31,568 bases of DNA from an uncultured Candidatus Saccharibacteria bacterium (lineage in GTDB: Bacteria; Patescibacteriota; Minisyncoccia; Minisyncoccales; CAZWDF01). The stretch is from positions 1 through 31,568 of the forward strand of contig CAZWDF010000002.1 in assembly GCA_964632335.1 (NCBI GenBank). The letters run 5' to 3'. Both the position numbers and the translations under genes were made by a program. The notes under the pieces are model-generated. The model worked only from the letters and a program-made list of their open reading frames with translations. It ran no database searches and was not told the origin of the DNA. Shown here in pieces: positions 1 to 8,490 of the stretch. How positions within the stretch are numbered: position 1 is the stretch's first letter; every line of letters starts with the position of its first letter.

Positions 1-55
1 TGCTATTGACCAGTGGTCGATACATCCTCCAAAATTTAAGGCATAGGAGCAAAGA
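1..55. repeat. 55-bp terminal direct repeat (copy 1); assembly overlap indicating a circular or circularly permuted 31,513-bp genome
   Basis: 1-55 is identical to 31514-31568; 55 is a common de Bruijn k-mer size. Confidence 0.95.
6..35 (+). promoter_or_regulatory. Possible sigma70-type promoter of the structural operon
   Basis: TTGACC (6-11), 18 nt, CAAAAT (30-35), upstream of SD TAGGAG and ATG 59; weak -10. Confidence 0.4.
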
Positions 56-58
56 CTA

Positions 59-154
59 ATGGGTAAGACAACCGAACTTATAATCATGTTTGTCGTAGTG
101 GTCGTGGCGGTCATCGTAGCTGGCTGGATTAGCAAAAAGATAATCCCAGCATAG
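59..154 (+). CDS. 31-aa single-TM peptide (not in ORF track), probable virion membrane protein
   Basis: SD AGGAG then MGKTTELIIMFVVVVVAVIVAGWISKKIIPA*. Confidence 0.7.
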   Translation: MGKTTELIIMFVVVVVAVIVAGWISKKIIPA

Positions 155-174
155 TGAGAATGGAGTGCTGACGC

Positions 175-217
175 ATTAGGGCAGAGCGACTTTTACAGAA
201 AGCCTATCTGCCCTAAT
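175..217 (+). terminator. 11-bp stem hairpin in the structural-operon leader (attenuator, processing site or terminator)
   Basis: ATTAGGGCAGA (175-185) / TCTGCCCTAAT (207-217). Confidence 0.55.
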
Positions 218-222
218 TTCTA

Positions 223-239
223 GTCGAAGACTCTTCGAG
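223..239 (+). promoter_or_regulatory. Dispersed 17-bp palindrome, copy 1
   Basis: GTCGAAGACTCTTCGAG; TCGAAGA-C-TCTTCGA is a perfect inverted repeat just upstream of the SD for ORF 253. Confidence 0.7.
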
Positions 240-252
240 TTAGGAACTAAAC

Positions 253-438
253 ATGCAGTGGGACAAGTTACTCATAATCGTTTTACTGGTTGCGATAGCA
301 GTCATGCTTCACAAGTTAGTCACCCGCAACTCTACTTTGAAAACTACAGCATCTAAGACTCCGCTAGGGGTAGCTACAGAAGCCACAACGGCACAAGAAG
401 CACTGTTGTTAGCTTATCCAAATTGTAGAACTATTTAG
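253..438 (+). CDS. 61-aa N-terminal TM protein, probable virion membrane protein
   Basis: Hydrophobic LLIIVLLVAIAVML; directly upstream of the capsid genes. Confidence 0.65.
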   Translation: MQWDKLLIIVLLVAIAVMLHKLVTRNSTLKTTASKTPLGVATEATTAQEALLLAYPNCRTI

Positions 439-451
439 GAGGTAATGAACT

Positions 452-946
452 ATGGCAGTTGCAGTACTCAGGTCAATCAAATCAGAGATATTTTACCTAA
501 CGCAAGCGGATGCCACTGCCCAAACGGATTCCCAAGTAGAAAATTACGCTTTGCGGTATACCTATGCACCGATTTGGAAATATCAAGTCCCGGTGAACCA
601 AGAGTTTGTCTTGGCTCCAGAGCACAAGCTCTCAGTCTATATTGAGGACGATGAAAGTAGCCCTGCCGAATGGCGTAGTACGCAAAAAGTGAGGGTTGAG
701 TGGTGGGATGCTAGTCTCAAAAAGATGGAGATTATCTGGGAGGGTCGCTATATATCATGTAAAGAGGAGCAGGATCAAGATAAGATGGCACGTCTTGATA
801 TTATAGGTGGTGAACCGCTAGAAGTGAAATCTGGGGATTGGATTATTATTGCTGGTATGTCTGATGACACGCTGTATACGATTGATGTCTCAGATAGCCG
901 ATTTACCCTTGAATGTCGAAGGTTTAGACCGACCCTAATCCAATAG
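452..946 (+). CDS. Major capsid protein 1, single vertical jelly-roll (Halopanivirales-like)
   Basis: SD GGAGGT; paralogous to 960 and 1868 (WKYQVP, KVRVE..D, KEEQDQDKM); IDVSDSRFTL resembles SH1 VP7 C-terminus as recalled. Confidence 0.72.
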   Translation: MAVAVLRSIKSEIFYLTQADATAQTDSQVENYALRYTYAPIWKYQVPVNQEFVLAPEHKLSVYIEDDESSPAEWRSTQKVRVEWWDASLKKMEIIWEGRYISCKEEQDQDKMARLDIIGGEPLEVKSGDWIIIAGMSDDTLYTIDVSDSRFTLECRRFRPTLIQ

Positions 947-959
947 AGGAGGCAAATAT

Positions 960-1853
960 ATGAAAGAAGTCAAATTTCAACTGACTGACCTAGACCCCAA
1001 CATCACGGAAGATGGTGTTTTTGGGGCTGCTAAGTGGTGCGATACTTGGAGCTTCCAATGCCCTGAAAATATGGGCATTTTGCTGAAACCGGGGGACTAC
1101 TTCTCCATGAAGATGTACGACACTGGTGATGCTGAAATGGCTGCCCCAGATGCCCAGGTCAAGCTCGAAGTTCGTGACCCCTCTGGTCAGGTAGTAGGTG
1201 TTGTCTTCCCACCTGAAAACTACCTTAGCGTAAAGGAATTTCAGCAATACTCCAAGATGGCACAGCTTTGGATAGAGCAACCAATCCTGGTCACTCCCCG
1301 CAGCAAGATTGTCGTTATGACCAAGGATGATCTTGGTACGGATGCAAGTGGTATTGTTCTGAGTTATGCCCGGCTGATAACAACTAAAGTGCTAGGCACA
1401 TTCGCCAAGGGGCAATCACCAAGCCTACCGAGTATTGAGCCTTTCGTTATCATGCAAGAGGATTCCGATGTAACGCAAACAAGTAGCACCGCTGGGAGCC
1501 TGACTGACCTATTCGTCTATCGAGTACCAAAGGGCAGAGCGATAATTCTGAGACCGAGCGATGTCTTTGCCTGCTATCTCTATAACACTTCTTCCGCGGT
1601 CGCAACCAATACCTGCCCGGTAAAACTCGAAGTCCGCGATGCCACTGGCTTAGAGAAAAAGCCCATTCTTGGACCGCTTCAATACGGTAGCTTCCAGGGA
1701 GAGTTCCAGGATAAGGACAAGCTCGTTCACCTTGACATCAACGGCGAACTGACAGTAGTGGAGCAGGAATACATCGCCTTGATGGTAAACAACGCTGTAG
1801 CGATAAACTGTGCTACGAGCTACATGTCGCTTCGTTGCCATATCCGGAGATAA
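960..1853 (+). CDS. Major capsid protein 2, two tandem jelly-roll domains
   Basis: Homologous halves (LLKPGDYFSMKMY..VKLEVRDPSG..KEFQQYSK vs ILRPSDVFACYLY..VKLEVRDATG..GEFQDKDK); MKMYDTGDAEM resembles P23-77 VP16 LKLYDTGGNQL as recalled. Confidence 0.78.
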   Translation: MKEVKFQLTDLDPNITEDGVFGAAKWCDTWSFQCPENMGILLKPGDYFSMKMYDTGDAEMAAPDAQVKLEVRDPSGQVVGVVFPPENYLSVKEFQQYSKMAQLWIEQPILVTPRSKIVVMTKDDLGTDASGIVLSYARLITTKVLGTFAKGQSPSLPSIEPFVIMQEDSDVTQTSSTAGSLTDLFVYRVPKGRAIILRPSDVFACYLYNTSSAVATNTCPVKLEVRDATGLEKKPILGPLQYGSFQGEFQDKDKLVHLDINGELTVVEQEYIALMVNNAVAINCATSYMSLRCHIRR

Positions 1854-1867
1854 AGGAGGCTGCCTAA

Positions 1868-2332
1868 ATGGTTATGACGGCAGTTAAAGAAGAGCGATTC
1901 GAAGTAAACCCGGCATCAACGGGGATAACCGAGCAAGATGGTAGGGGTACTAATTGGTGGGATATTTGGGACTTCAAAGTGTCTCTAAACCAGGTCGTTA
2001 TCCTGCGCCCCACGGATGTATTTTCGTGCTACCTTGTGGGTGACGATGCCGCCGCGATGCCTAACGCCACGAAAGTTCGGGTAGTCAAGCGGGATGTCGC
2101 TAATGAGGACTCTATACCTATTCTCCCGGTGGTGAATTATAAGCAGGCTCAGGAGTTTGCCGATAAGAACTTACAGATGCACCTTCGGGCTCTGGGTGGA
2201 GTTATGGAGGTGGTAGCAGAGGAGCATATCGTAGTTCAGGTTTCCGGGGCTGATGCTACGGGAACTGGAGATACCGATGCTTCGGCATCTCACTTCAAGA
2301 TATTTTGCACCAGAAGGAGAAAGTCGCTCTAA
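1868..2332 (+). CDS. Major capsid protein 3, single vertical jelly-roll
   Basis: ILRPTDVFSCYL, ATKVRVVKRD and QEFADK motifs shared with the 960 domains; SD AAGGAGG. Confidence 0.72.
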   Translation: MVMTAVKEERFEVNPASTGITEQDGRGTNWWDIWDFKVSLNQVVILRPTDVFSCYLVGDDAAAMPNATKVRVVKRDVANEDSIPILPVVNYKQAQEFADKNLQMHLRALGGVMEVVAEEHIVVQVSGADATGTGDTDASASHFKIFCTRRRKSL

Positions 2333-2379
2333 GTAACGATAACTTTAGCTGGGCTACCTTGGTAGACGGTAGCTTCGCA

Positions 2380-2419
2380 GGGAGACTACCAGGTAAAGGT
2401 AGCCTCCCTATTTGTTTTT
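2380..2419 (+). terminator. Intrinsic terminator after the capsid genes, with a competing upstream stem
   Basis: GGGAG-A-CTACC / GGTAG-C-CTCCC followed by TATTTGTTTTT; GGCTACCTT (2352-60) can pair with AAGGTAGCC (2396-2404). Confidence 0.6.
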
Positions 2420-2438
2420 AGGAGAAGAGGGCAAGTCA

Positions 2439-2636
2439 ATGGCAAAAATGAGTAAGGCTGAGGCAAAGAGAATAGCACAGAGAAATGGTATCAGCTTCAA
2501 TGTAGGCTATCATACACTTCGCTCAAGCCAAACTGAACTATTGTCTGAACTCGCTAAGAAGACAGGTTATAGGAAACCAGCAAGTGCTAGTGGATCAAGA
2601 GCAAGGTATTTCTTCTATTACCTTGCCAAGAGATAA
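2439..2636 (+). CDS. Small basic hypothetical phage protein (65 aa)
   Basis: ATG at 2439 after a purine-rich SD; GYRKP..SGSRARYFF motif recalled from phage hypothetical proteins. Confidence 0.6.
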   Translation: MAKMSKAEAKRIAQRNGISFNVGYHTLRSSQTELLSELAKKTGYRKPASASGSRARYFFYYLAKR

Positions 2637-2681
2637 AAGGCAAAAGGACGGAAATAATATCCGCTTCCTGGAGGGCATGAC

Positions 2682-5543
2682 ATGACAATAGCATTTACAA
2701 GAGCAACTAGAATAGATGAGATAGATCCGAGCTATCTTCCCGATAACGATACCCTGAGCTTCGGCGATGATTTCCCCATGAACATAGTCTGGGATACCAA
2801 AGACGCTAATGCCAATATGGGGAAAATCAACCTACCGAGTGGCGGAGCGATTGATGTGCCGGTACTAGCAATAGGCATCGGGATCATAGACGTTGACCTT
2901 GGCTGGGCTAATGGGGTAACAGAACCATCAATAGCCATTGTTGACGCTGACCGAGATAGCTACATCACTTTCGGATTTGCTTCAGACGATAATGCCCAAA
3001 TCCAAAAAGGTGGTAGCGCGTGGTTTTCCATGAGTCTCGGTGGTACTGTGCCAGCAACCGTTGACCATAGTTCGGGACTAACTGGGGTAAGCGCAGTCTA
3101 TAATGACCTCGGCACTCTTGTCTCTAATCAAACCTATCGAGGCATCTACGGGCGATGGAATGTCAAAAGCACCACGCCGTCTAACCCTACCTGCGAAGTA
3201 ACAGGCATTGAAGGGGCTGCTGGGTCGGCTATCAATGACGAGGCGATAACCTTCCGAGGCGGGTATTTTAGAACTTACATTGACACTGACACATTAGCAA
3301 CTGCCTCCATGCGCACCAATGTTGGCTGTGAAATATCAGCGCGCGCTGCTTATCTTGGTGGAACTGAGGCAACGGCTGAGGGTGGCACAGCCTTTATCGG
3401 CGCTCGCATCTGGATGGCCCCCTATTTCAGTGACGCTAGCATAGGGAATATAAACAACTTCCACGCCTTATGGATAGTAAACGAGGCAGACGGAAAGACT
3501 GTCACAAATGCCATAAAGATAGATTCGAGCACTTATGGCGGTGGATTCTCCTATGCTTTCTACACCGATGGTGGGCGCTTCTATCAGGTCGTAGACGGCT
3601 CTGTTAATGGCTCTCTTCTTCAAGCTGCGGATAGTTCGGCAACTGGCTGGAATCTTATTGAGGCAAGGGCTGAGGACTATCGGACACTAACAAGTAGCCA
3701 GGAATATAAAGGGGCTTATGTCCGCTACAACGTGCGGTCTACTACTCCCAGCAATCCCACCTGTGAAGTCACTGGTATTGAGGGCGTAGCAGGTAGCTAT
3801 ATTGCCGATGAAGCTATAACTTTCAGGGGCGGCTACTTCCGCACCTATATCAATGCAGACGCTACCTCCACCATGAGAACTGCCGTGGGTTGCGAGATTT
3901 CAGCCCGGGCAAGTTATAGCGGCGGAACGCAATGCGTTGCTGAAGGTGGGACTGCCTTTGTGGGAGCCAGGATTTGGATGGCCCCATACTTCACTTCGGG
4001 GTCTATTGGGAACGTTAATAACTTTCATGGCCTCTGGATTGTCAATGAAGCTCCAGGTAAATTCGTTACGAATGCCATTAAGATAGATGCCACGACCTAT
4101 AACAGTGGATTTACCTACTGCTTTAATACTGATAGTGGCAAATTCCGCATGGCTCTTGATGGGAGCGAAGCTGGTAGTGGCTTGCTAGCCGGGGAGACTG
4201 CAACTGCTACTGGCGATGATTGGTTCTATCTTCAGGTTGATGACTGCCGTACCCTGACTTCCCTACAAACCTACCGGGCAGCTTACATCCGAAACAACAT
4301 TCGCTCGACTACCCCTTCCAATCCCGCCTGCGAGGTTACGGGAATAGAGGGAGTCGCGGGAAGTTACATCGCTGACGAAGCTATCACGTTTAGAGGGGGC
4401 TACTTCAGGACTTATACCAACGCCGATGCCACGAGCACAATGAGGACGGCGGTAGGATGCGAGATAAGCGCCAGAGCATCATATTCTGGAGGGACAGAAT
4501 GCGTAGCGGAGGGCGGCACGGCTTTCGTTGGGGCAAGAATCTGGATGGCTGGCTACTTTACCGATGCTTCTATTCCAAATGTAAACAATAGCCACGCTCT
4601 TTGGATTGTCAACGAAGTTCCACACGGAGCGAATTGGGCTAAATATGTTGATAGAGCCATCACCATAGACTCCAATACTTACGGAGCAGCTTTTAACTAC
4701 AACTTCTACACCGATACGGGCAAGTTCTACATGCACCTTGATGGAGCGGTAGCTGGTTCCGGTGTAGTAAAAGGTGAACGATTAAGCACTTCTGGTGACG
4801 ATTGGATGTCGGTGATAATAGACGATTACCGAACTCTTACTTCAGATCAGACCTATAATGGAGCCTTCTTCCGCTATAATATCCGCTCTACGACTCCTGG
4901 GGCTCCTCAAATGGAGGTCAACGGCATTGAAGCCGTAGCATCGACTTACGTTGCTGATGGCAACCTTCTGAGTATGCGAGGTGGTCATTTACGCTGCTAC
5001 ATTCAGCCTGGGGCTACAGCATCAGCAAAGACTTCGGTAGGTGCGGATATATCGGCCAGAGCTTCTTATAATGGCGGAACAGCCTGTCAAGCCTTAGCGG
5101 GTACTTGTTTTACTGGTCTCCGAATATGGATGGCTCCGTATTTTACCGGCGGCACAGTAGGTAACATTAATAACTTCTGGGGCTTGTGGATATTCGGTGA
5201 ACACTCTAGCCAACGAAACGCCGATGCTGCTATATTCATTAGTGATGCTGGAGGTGGTTATGTTGATGGTATCCGAATCAGCTCTGTTCTTTCGGGTTAT
5301 GGTATAGACCTAAACGGTTCAACGATAGCTACAGCAGACATTAGGATGAATAACGGTTGCGTGATAAACAACGATTTGGTCGATAGGATAATGATTGGGG
5401 CAGCTATCGGGATATGCAATGACGCGGCGCCGTCTGCCAATGCTCCAGCTAATGCTTGCGTCATCTACTTTGACGGTACGAACATAAAAGCAGTGAACGC
5501 TGCTGGAGCACACGCTACATTAGATAACGCAGGATTCGCTTAA
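2682..5543 (+). CDS. 953-aa spike/fibre-like protein with four ~190-aa internal repeats
   Basis: Repeat core STTPSNP.CEVTGIEG.AGS.I.DEAITFRGGYFRTY..GCEISARA..WMAPYF at nt 3192, 3762, 4329 and 4911; Gly/Ala/Thr-rich beta composition; follows the capsid genes. Confidence 0.7.
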   Translation: MTIAFTRATRIDEIDPSYLPDNDTLSFGDDFPMNIVWDTKDANANMGKINLPSGGAIDVPVLAIGIGIIDVDLGWANGVTEPSIAIVDADRDSYITFGFASDDNAQIQKGGSAWFSMSLGGTVPATVDHSSGLTGVSAVYNDLGTLVSNQTYRGIYGRWNVKSTTPSNPTCEVTGIEGAAGSAINDEAITFRGGYFRTYIDTDTLATASMRTNVGCEISARAAYLGGTEATAEGGTAFIGARIWMAPYFSDASIGNINNFHALWIVNEADGKTVTNAIKIDSSTYGGGFSYAFYTDGGRFYQVVDGSVNGSLLQAADSSATGWNLIEARAEDYRTLTSSQEYKGAYVRYNVRSTTPSNPTCEVTGIEGVAGSYIADEAITFRGGYFRTYINADATSTMRTAVGCEISARASYSGGTQCVAEGGTAFVGARIWMAPYFTSGSIGNVNNFHGLWIVNEAPGKFVTNAIKIDATTYNSGFTYCFNTDSGKFRMALDGSEAGSGLLAGETATATGDDWFYLQVDDCRTLTSLQTYRAAYIRNNIRSTTPSNPACEVTGIEGVAGSYIADEAITFRGGYFRTYTNADATSTMRTAVGCEISARASYSGGTECVAEGGTAFVGARIWMAGYFTDASIPNVNNSHALWIVNEVPHGANWAKYVDRAITIDSNTYGAAFNYNFYTDTGKFYMHLDGAVAGSGVVKGERLSTSGDDWMSVIIDDYRTLTSDQTYNGAFFRYNIRSTTPGAPQMEVNGIEAVASTYVADGNLLSMRGGHLRCYIQPGATASAKTSVGADISARASYNGGTACQALAGTCFTGLRIWMAPYFTGGTVGNINNFWGLWIFGEHSSQRNADAAIFISDAGGGYVDGIRISSVLSGYGIDLNGSTIATADIRMNNGCVINNDLVDRIMIGAAIGICNDAAPSANAPANACVIYFDGTNIKAVNAAGAHATLDNAGFA

Positions 5544-5555
5544 TGAGGAAAGGTA

Positions 5556-5741
5556 ATGCAACTAATAACGAGAGAAAATCCAGCTACCGTTGTGTTAGTA
5601 GGTAGAGAGATGAGCCAAATGGCTCAAGGTGAGAACTTAAAGATAAAGGTGGCTGGCGTTGAAACTCTTAATACTGAAGTGCCACACGGGAAAGTGTGGG
5701 TGGTTGATATATCTGTGACCATAAAGGAAACTGCGGCTTAA
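5556..5741 (+). CDS. Small beta-rich structural or accessory protein
   Basis: SD present; lies in the spike module. Confidence 0.55.
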   Translation: MQLITRENPATVVLVGREMSQMAQGENLKIKVAGVETLNTEVPHGKVWVVDISVTIKETAA

Positions 5742-5754
5742 TAGGAGGTAAAAG

Positions 5755-6171
5755 GTGAAGAGAGTCAAAATCGATGACAAGCCTAAGACTATTCTAGGTA
5801 AGGCTTTCAGGGTAACGAATCCCGAAGGCGAAACATTTGGGGAGACTTATGTTTGTGAGCGATGCGGTAATGAGATAGTCGTGCAGAAGCCAAAGATGAT
5901 TGAAGAGGCAAGTTTGGTTGACCTCTTGAAGTTGCTAGTTCTTTCAATCCCCCGGCAGAAATGCACCATGCAGGACTCCATAAACGCCTTTGACTTCATG
6001 CAGCAGTCAAAGGAGTCCCAGGACGGCGTTCTAGCACTTACGGACGGCATACACGATTGGCTAAAGAAGGCTGTCAAGGAAAACGGGACTCAAATCTTTG
6101 GAGTCAATGCCAATGCGATAGAGAAGGCTTTGGAGAATTTCGAGAGGGTAAAGGAAAGCAAGGGGAAGTGA
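5755..6171 (+). CDS. Hypothetical protein with CxxC (CERC); possible spike chaperone
   Basis: SD GGAGGT, GTG start; function inferred from position only. Confidence 0.55.
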   Translation: MKRVKIDDKPKTILGKAFRVTNPEGETFGETYVCERCGNEIVVQKPKMIEEASLVDLLKLLVLSIPRQKCTMQDSINAFDFMQQSKESQDGVLALTDGIHDWLKKAVKENGTQIFGVNANAIEKALENFERVKESKGK

Positions 6172-7220
6172 TGTTTGACCCAACATCAGCACTATTAGGT
6201 GGCGCGGCTGCCTGGATACTCAAGCCTGGCAATGGTAGCAAGGCTATTACTGCACAACTACTTGAAAAGTTAAGTGCGGATAAGCCTAGCGTCTATGATG
6301 TGCTGACTTATGATGCTTTGGAAGCCAGGGACAATAAAGAGATAACTGTAGCTGGGGATTTTATCAATGTGGTGCATTACCCAACAACCGTTCCTTTCTA
6401 TATCAGGCTGAATGAAAAGGACAACCCCGCAATAGACTTAAATAGGCTGAAGACTATTCGCTACCCATTCTACCGCTTCTTTCTGACTAACATAGCTGGT
6501 GCGGGAACGATAATCTTGAAGGTAGGTAGGGGCTTGCAGCTTGAAGAAGAGAGCTATGGCATAGACGAACTAGCAGCGCGCATGGCCTCCCCAGTCACCT
6601 TTGACCGAAGGGGAGAGGTTATCTGGATAGAGAATTTTGAGAATAGCACAAATAAGTTAGTCACAGTAACGACTGCTCCCCACGCTAGCACCTTTGCCAT
6701 ATCGACTACAACGGCTCGAAACGGGGCAAGCTCAGGTTTACTTAGTATAGCAGTAGGCGAAACACTAACTGTCAGAAAGACCTTGGGCTTGACGCACCTA
6801 TCGAAAGTAGGGCTCGAAATATCCTTTACCCTAAGCGATTCCATCAACAATATCACTGCTAGCATCTATGTCAATGACGGTTCTTATTTACATTGGGCTT
6901 CTATTCGCTACCTTGAAAGCGACTCGAAACTGTATTACTACAATAGCGCCGGTGGTTTTACAGAGCTATATGAAACGCTTGATCTGGCAATTGCAACGCA
7001 GACCTTTCATACGCTGAAGTTCGTTGTGGATTTAACCACTCACAAATATGTGAGGATGATGCTAGACAATATAGCCGTTGATATGTCAACGCTGGCTTAC
7101 TATTATGCGGCCTCCGTGTCGTCACCATCGGCAGCCTTCCAGCTTGCCGTAGAGAACAATGCCATAGGTACGCAATATATCTATCTTGACGACATGATAG
7201 TAACGCAGAACGAACCATAA
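6171..7220 (+). CDS. Vertex/penton-like protein: N-terminal jelly-roll-like domain plus C-terminal lectin-like beta-sandwich
   Basis: Likely start ATG 6171 (MFDPT), coupled to the upstream stop; FYIRLNE..IDL..PFYRFFLTN.A domain followed by a VIWIENFE beta-rich domain. Confidence 0.55.
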   Translation: MFDPTSALLGGAAAWILKPGNGSKAITAQLLEKLSADKPSVYDVLTYDALEARDNKEITVAGDFINVVHYPTTVPFYIRLNEKDNPAIDLNRLKTIRYPFYRFFLTNIAGAGTIILKVGRGLQLEEESYGIDELAARMASPVTFDRRGEVIWIENFENSTNKLVTVTTAPHASTFAISTTTARNGASSGLLSIAVGETLTVRKTLGLTHLSKVGLEISFTLSDSINNITASIYVNDGSYLHWASIRYLESDSKLYYYNSAGGFTELYETLDLAIATQTFHTLKFVVDLTTHKYVRMMLDNIAVDMSTLAYYYAASVSSPSAAFQLAVENNAIGTQYIYLDDMIVTQNEP

Positions 7221-7229
7221 GGAGTAAGC

Positions 7230-7484
7230 ATGGCAGATATAGCGATAACATTCACGAAATACGAAATAACTAATGATGGGGTTGCCATGCTCTTTACGGT
7301 GGTAAATCCACTACCCGGGCAACCTGAAAGCTATACCATAACGGCAACCAGGGCGGAACTTGTAACCATTACGACAATGCCGGAGCTAAAGGCATTTATG
7401 AAAGCGAAGTTAAAGGCAAAGATAGCCTCTGACTTAGCTGCACAGAAGCTAGATGGTGCAGTAGGGCAAACCATAGTTTTATAA
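7230..7484 (+). CDS. 84-aa protein, paralog of 9588..9851
   Basis: YEITNDGV.MLF.V.NP..G.P..Y...AT.AEL.TITT..KLD..VGQTI shared. Confidence 0.7.
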   Translation: MADIAITFTKYEITNDGVAMLFTVVNPLPGQPESYTITATRAELVTITTMPELKAFMKAKLKAKIASDLAAQKLDGAVGQTIVL

Positions 7485-7485
7485 A

Positions 7486-7502
7486 GTCGAAGACTTTTTG
7501 AG
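7486..7502 (+). promoter_or_regulatory. Dispersed 17-bp palindrome, copy 2
   Basis: GTCGAAGACTTTTTGAG between stop 7484 and the SD of 7512. Confidence 0.6.
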
Positions 7503-7511
7503 GAGAATATC

Positions 7512-7859
7512 ATGGTAATGAAAGCAACTCCAAGAATGCCACCGATACCGAAGCTAACCGAAGTCAGAACGGTTCAGCGCTTCGCGGTAGAGAATATCTA
7601 CATGCCAAGTGCTAATACCGAATACCCCTGGAATGTACCCTTCGGCTGCAAGCGGTTTATTATCACTGTCCGGGACGGCACGGCTGTAAGAGTTGCCATG
7701 GAGCCCAAGAAAGTAGCAGGGAGCGACTACCCCTACTTCACTCTCGACACCAATGGCTACTGGCAAGAGAGCGACCTTGATATCCAGACGGATGATTTCT
7801 TTATCTACTTCGCTTGTGCTTCGGCTGCCAAAACAGTTGAGATAATCATCGGAATGTGA
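7512..7859 (+). CDS. Small jelly-roll-like vertex protein (115 aa)
   Basis: Alternating beta pattern (PFGCKRFIITVRDGTAVRVAM..FFIYFAC..TVEIII). Confidence 0.5.
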   Translation: MVMKATPRMPPIPKLTEVRTVQRFAVENIYMPSANTEYPWNVPFGCKRFIITVRDGTAVRVAMEPKKVAGSDYPYFTLDTNGYWQESDLDIQTDDFFIYFACASAAKTVEIIIGM

Positions 7860-7869
7860 GGGCAAAGAA

Positions 7870-8490
7870 ATGGGACTAGGCGTTAAGAAAATAGACATAG
7901 CTGCCATAACAGAAGCGAGGCTGGCGGAGCTTGATGCCGCCAATATGCCTGCTGACCTTGATGTGGTAAAGGCGGATACGCCTTATATTGCTGATCTCGC
8001 CTTGCCCACGACTCCTACTACGGGGTCACTAGGTAGATTAGCCAAGGATTATCTCACTGGCGATGCCTACGCTCGATTGGGAGCACCTGCTGGAGCAAGC
8101 GCGGCGGTGGATATTGCGGCAATCAAAACCGATACCGCCTCTCTTAAAATTCAAGCTCATGCTACGGGAACGCAAACAGCTACCGTAACCACAGAGCACT
8201 TCTTATCTTCGCCAAATGTCGCAGGGGCTTTTATGCTAGTGGTAGACATGATAAACATGGCGGCTAACGATGTTGTGGAGCTTCGGGCCTATCAAATGGT
8301 GCTTACAGGCGGAACAGCTCGGGTAGTCTACTTTATGGCTTACTATGGGGCTCAGGCTACCGATGAAATGATAACGGTATCCGATATAGTCTACAACGAA
8401 TTGGCAGAGACAAATGCTGTGAGGTTTAGCTTGAAACAGACATTTGGGACGGGTAGAGCTTTCCCGTGGAAGGTACTTAAACATGCCTAA
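7870..8490 (+). CDS. Spike shaft/head-like protein
   Basis: ARLGAPAGASAAVDIAAIK shaft-like segment followed by a beta-rich C-terminal domain. Confidence 0.5.
   Translation: MGLGVKKIDIAAITEARLAELDAANMPADLDVVKADTPYIADLALPTTPTTGSLGRLAKDYLTGDAYARLGAPAGASAAVDIAAIKTDTASLKIQAHATGTQTATVTTEHFLSSPNVAGAFMLVVDMINMAANDVVELRAYQMVLTGGTARVVYFMAYYGAQATDEMITVSDIVYNELAETNAVRFSLKQTFGTGRAFPWKVLKHA

Noticed and set aside
1-55. Terminal repeat as a biological DTR or att site
   Set aside because: The exact 55-nt length matches an assembler k-mer overlap; treated only as evidence of circularity
960-1853. Classical PRD1/STIV-type double jelly-roll MCP
   Set aside because: Each half aligns by eye with the flanking ~155-aa single-domain paralogs and with recalled P23-77/SH1 motifs rather than with DJR MCPs; a structural search is needed to exclude it fully
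2682-5543. Diversity-generating retroelement or shufflon acting on the spike repeats
   Set aside because: No reverse transcriptase, differences are synonymous rather than adenine-specific, and no inverted crossover sites were seen
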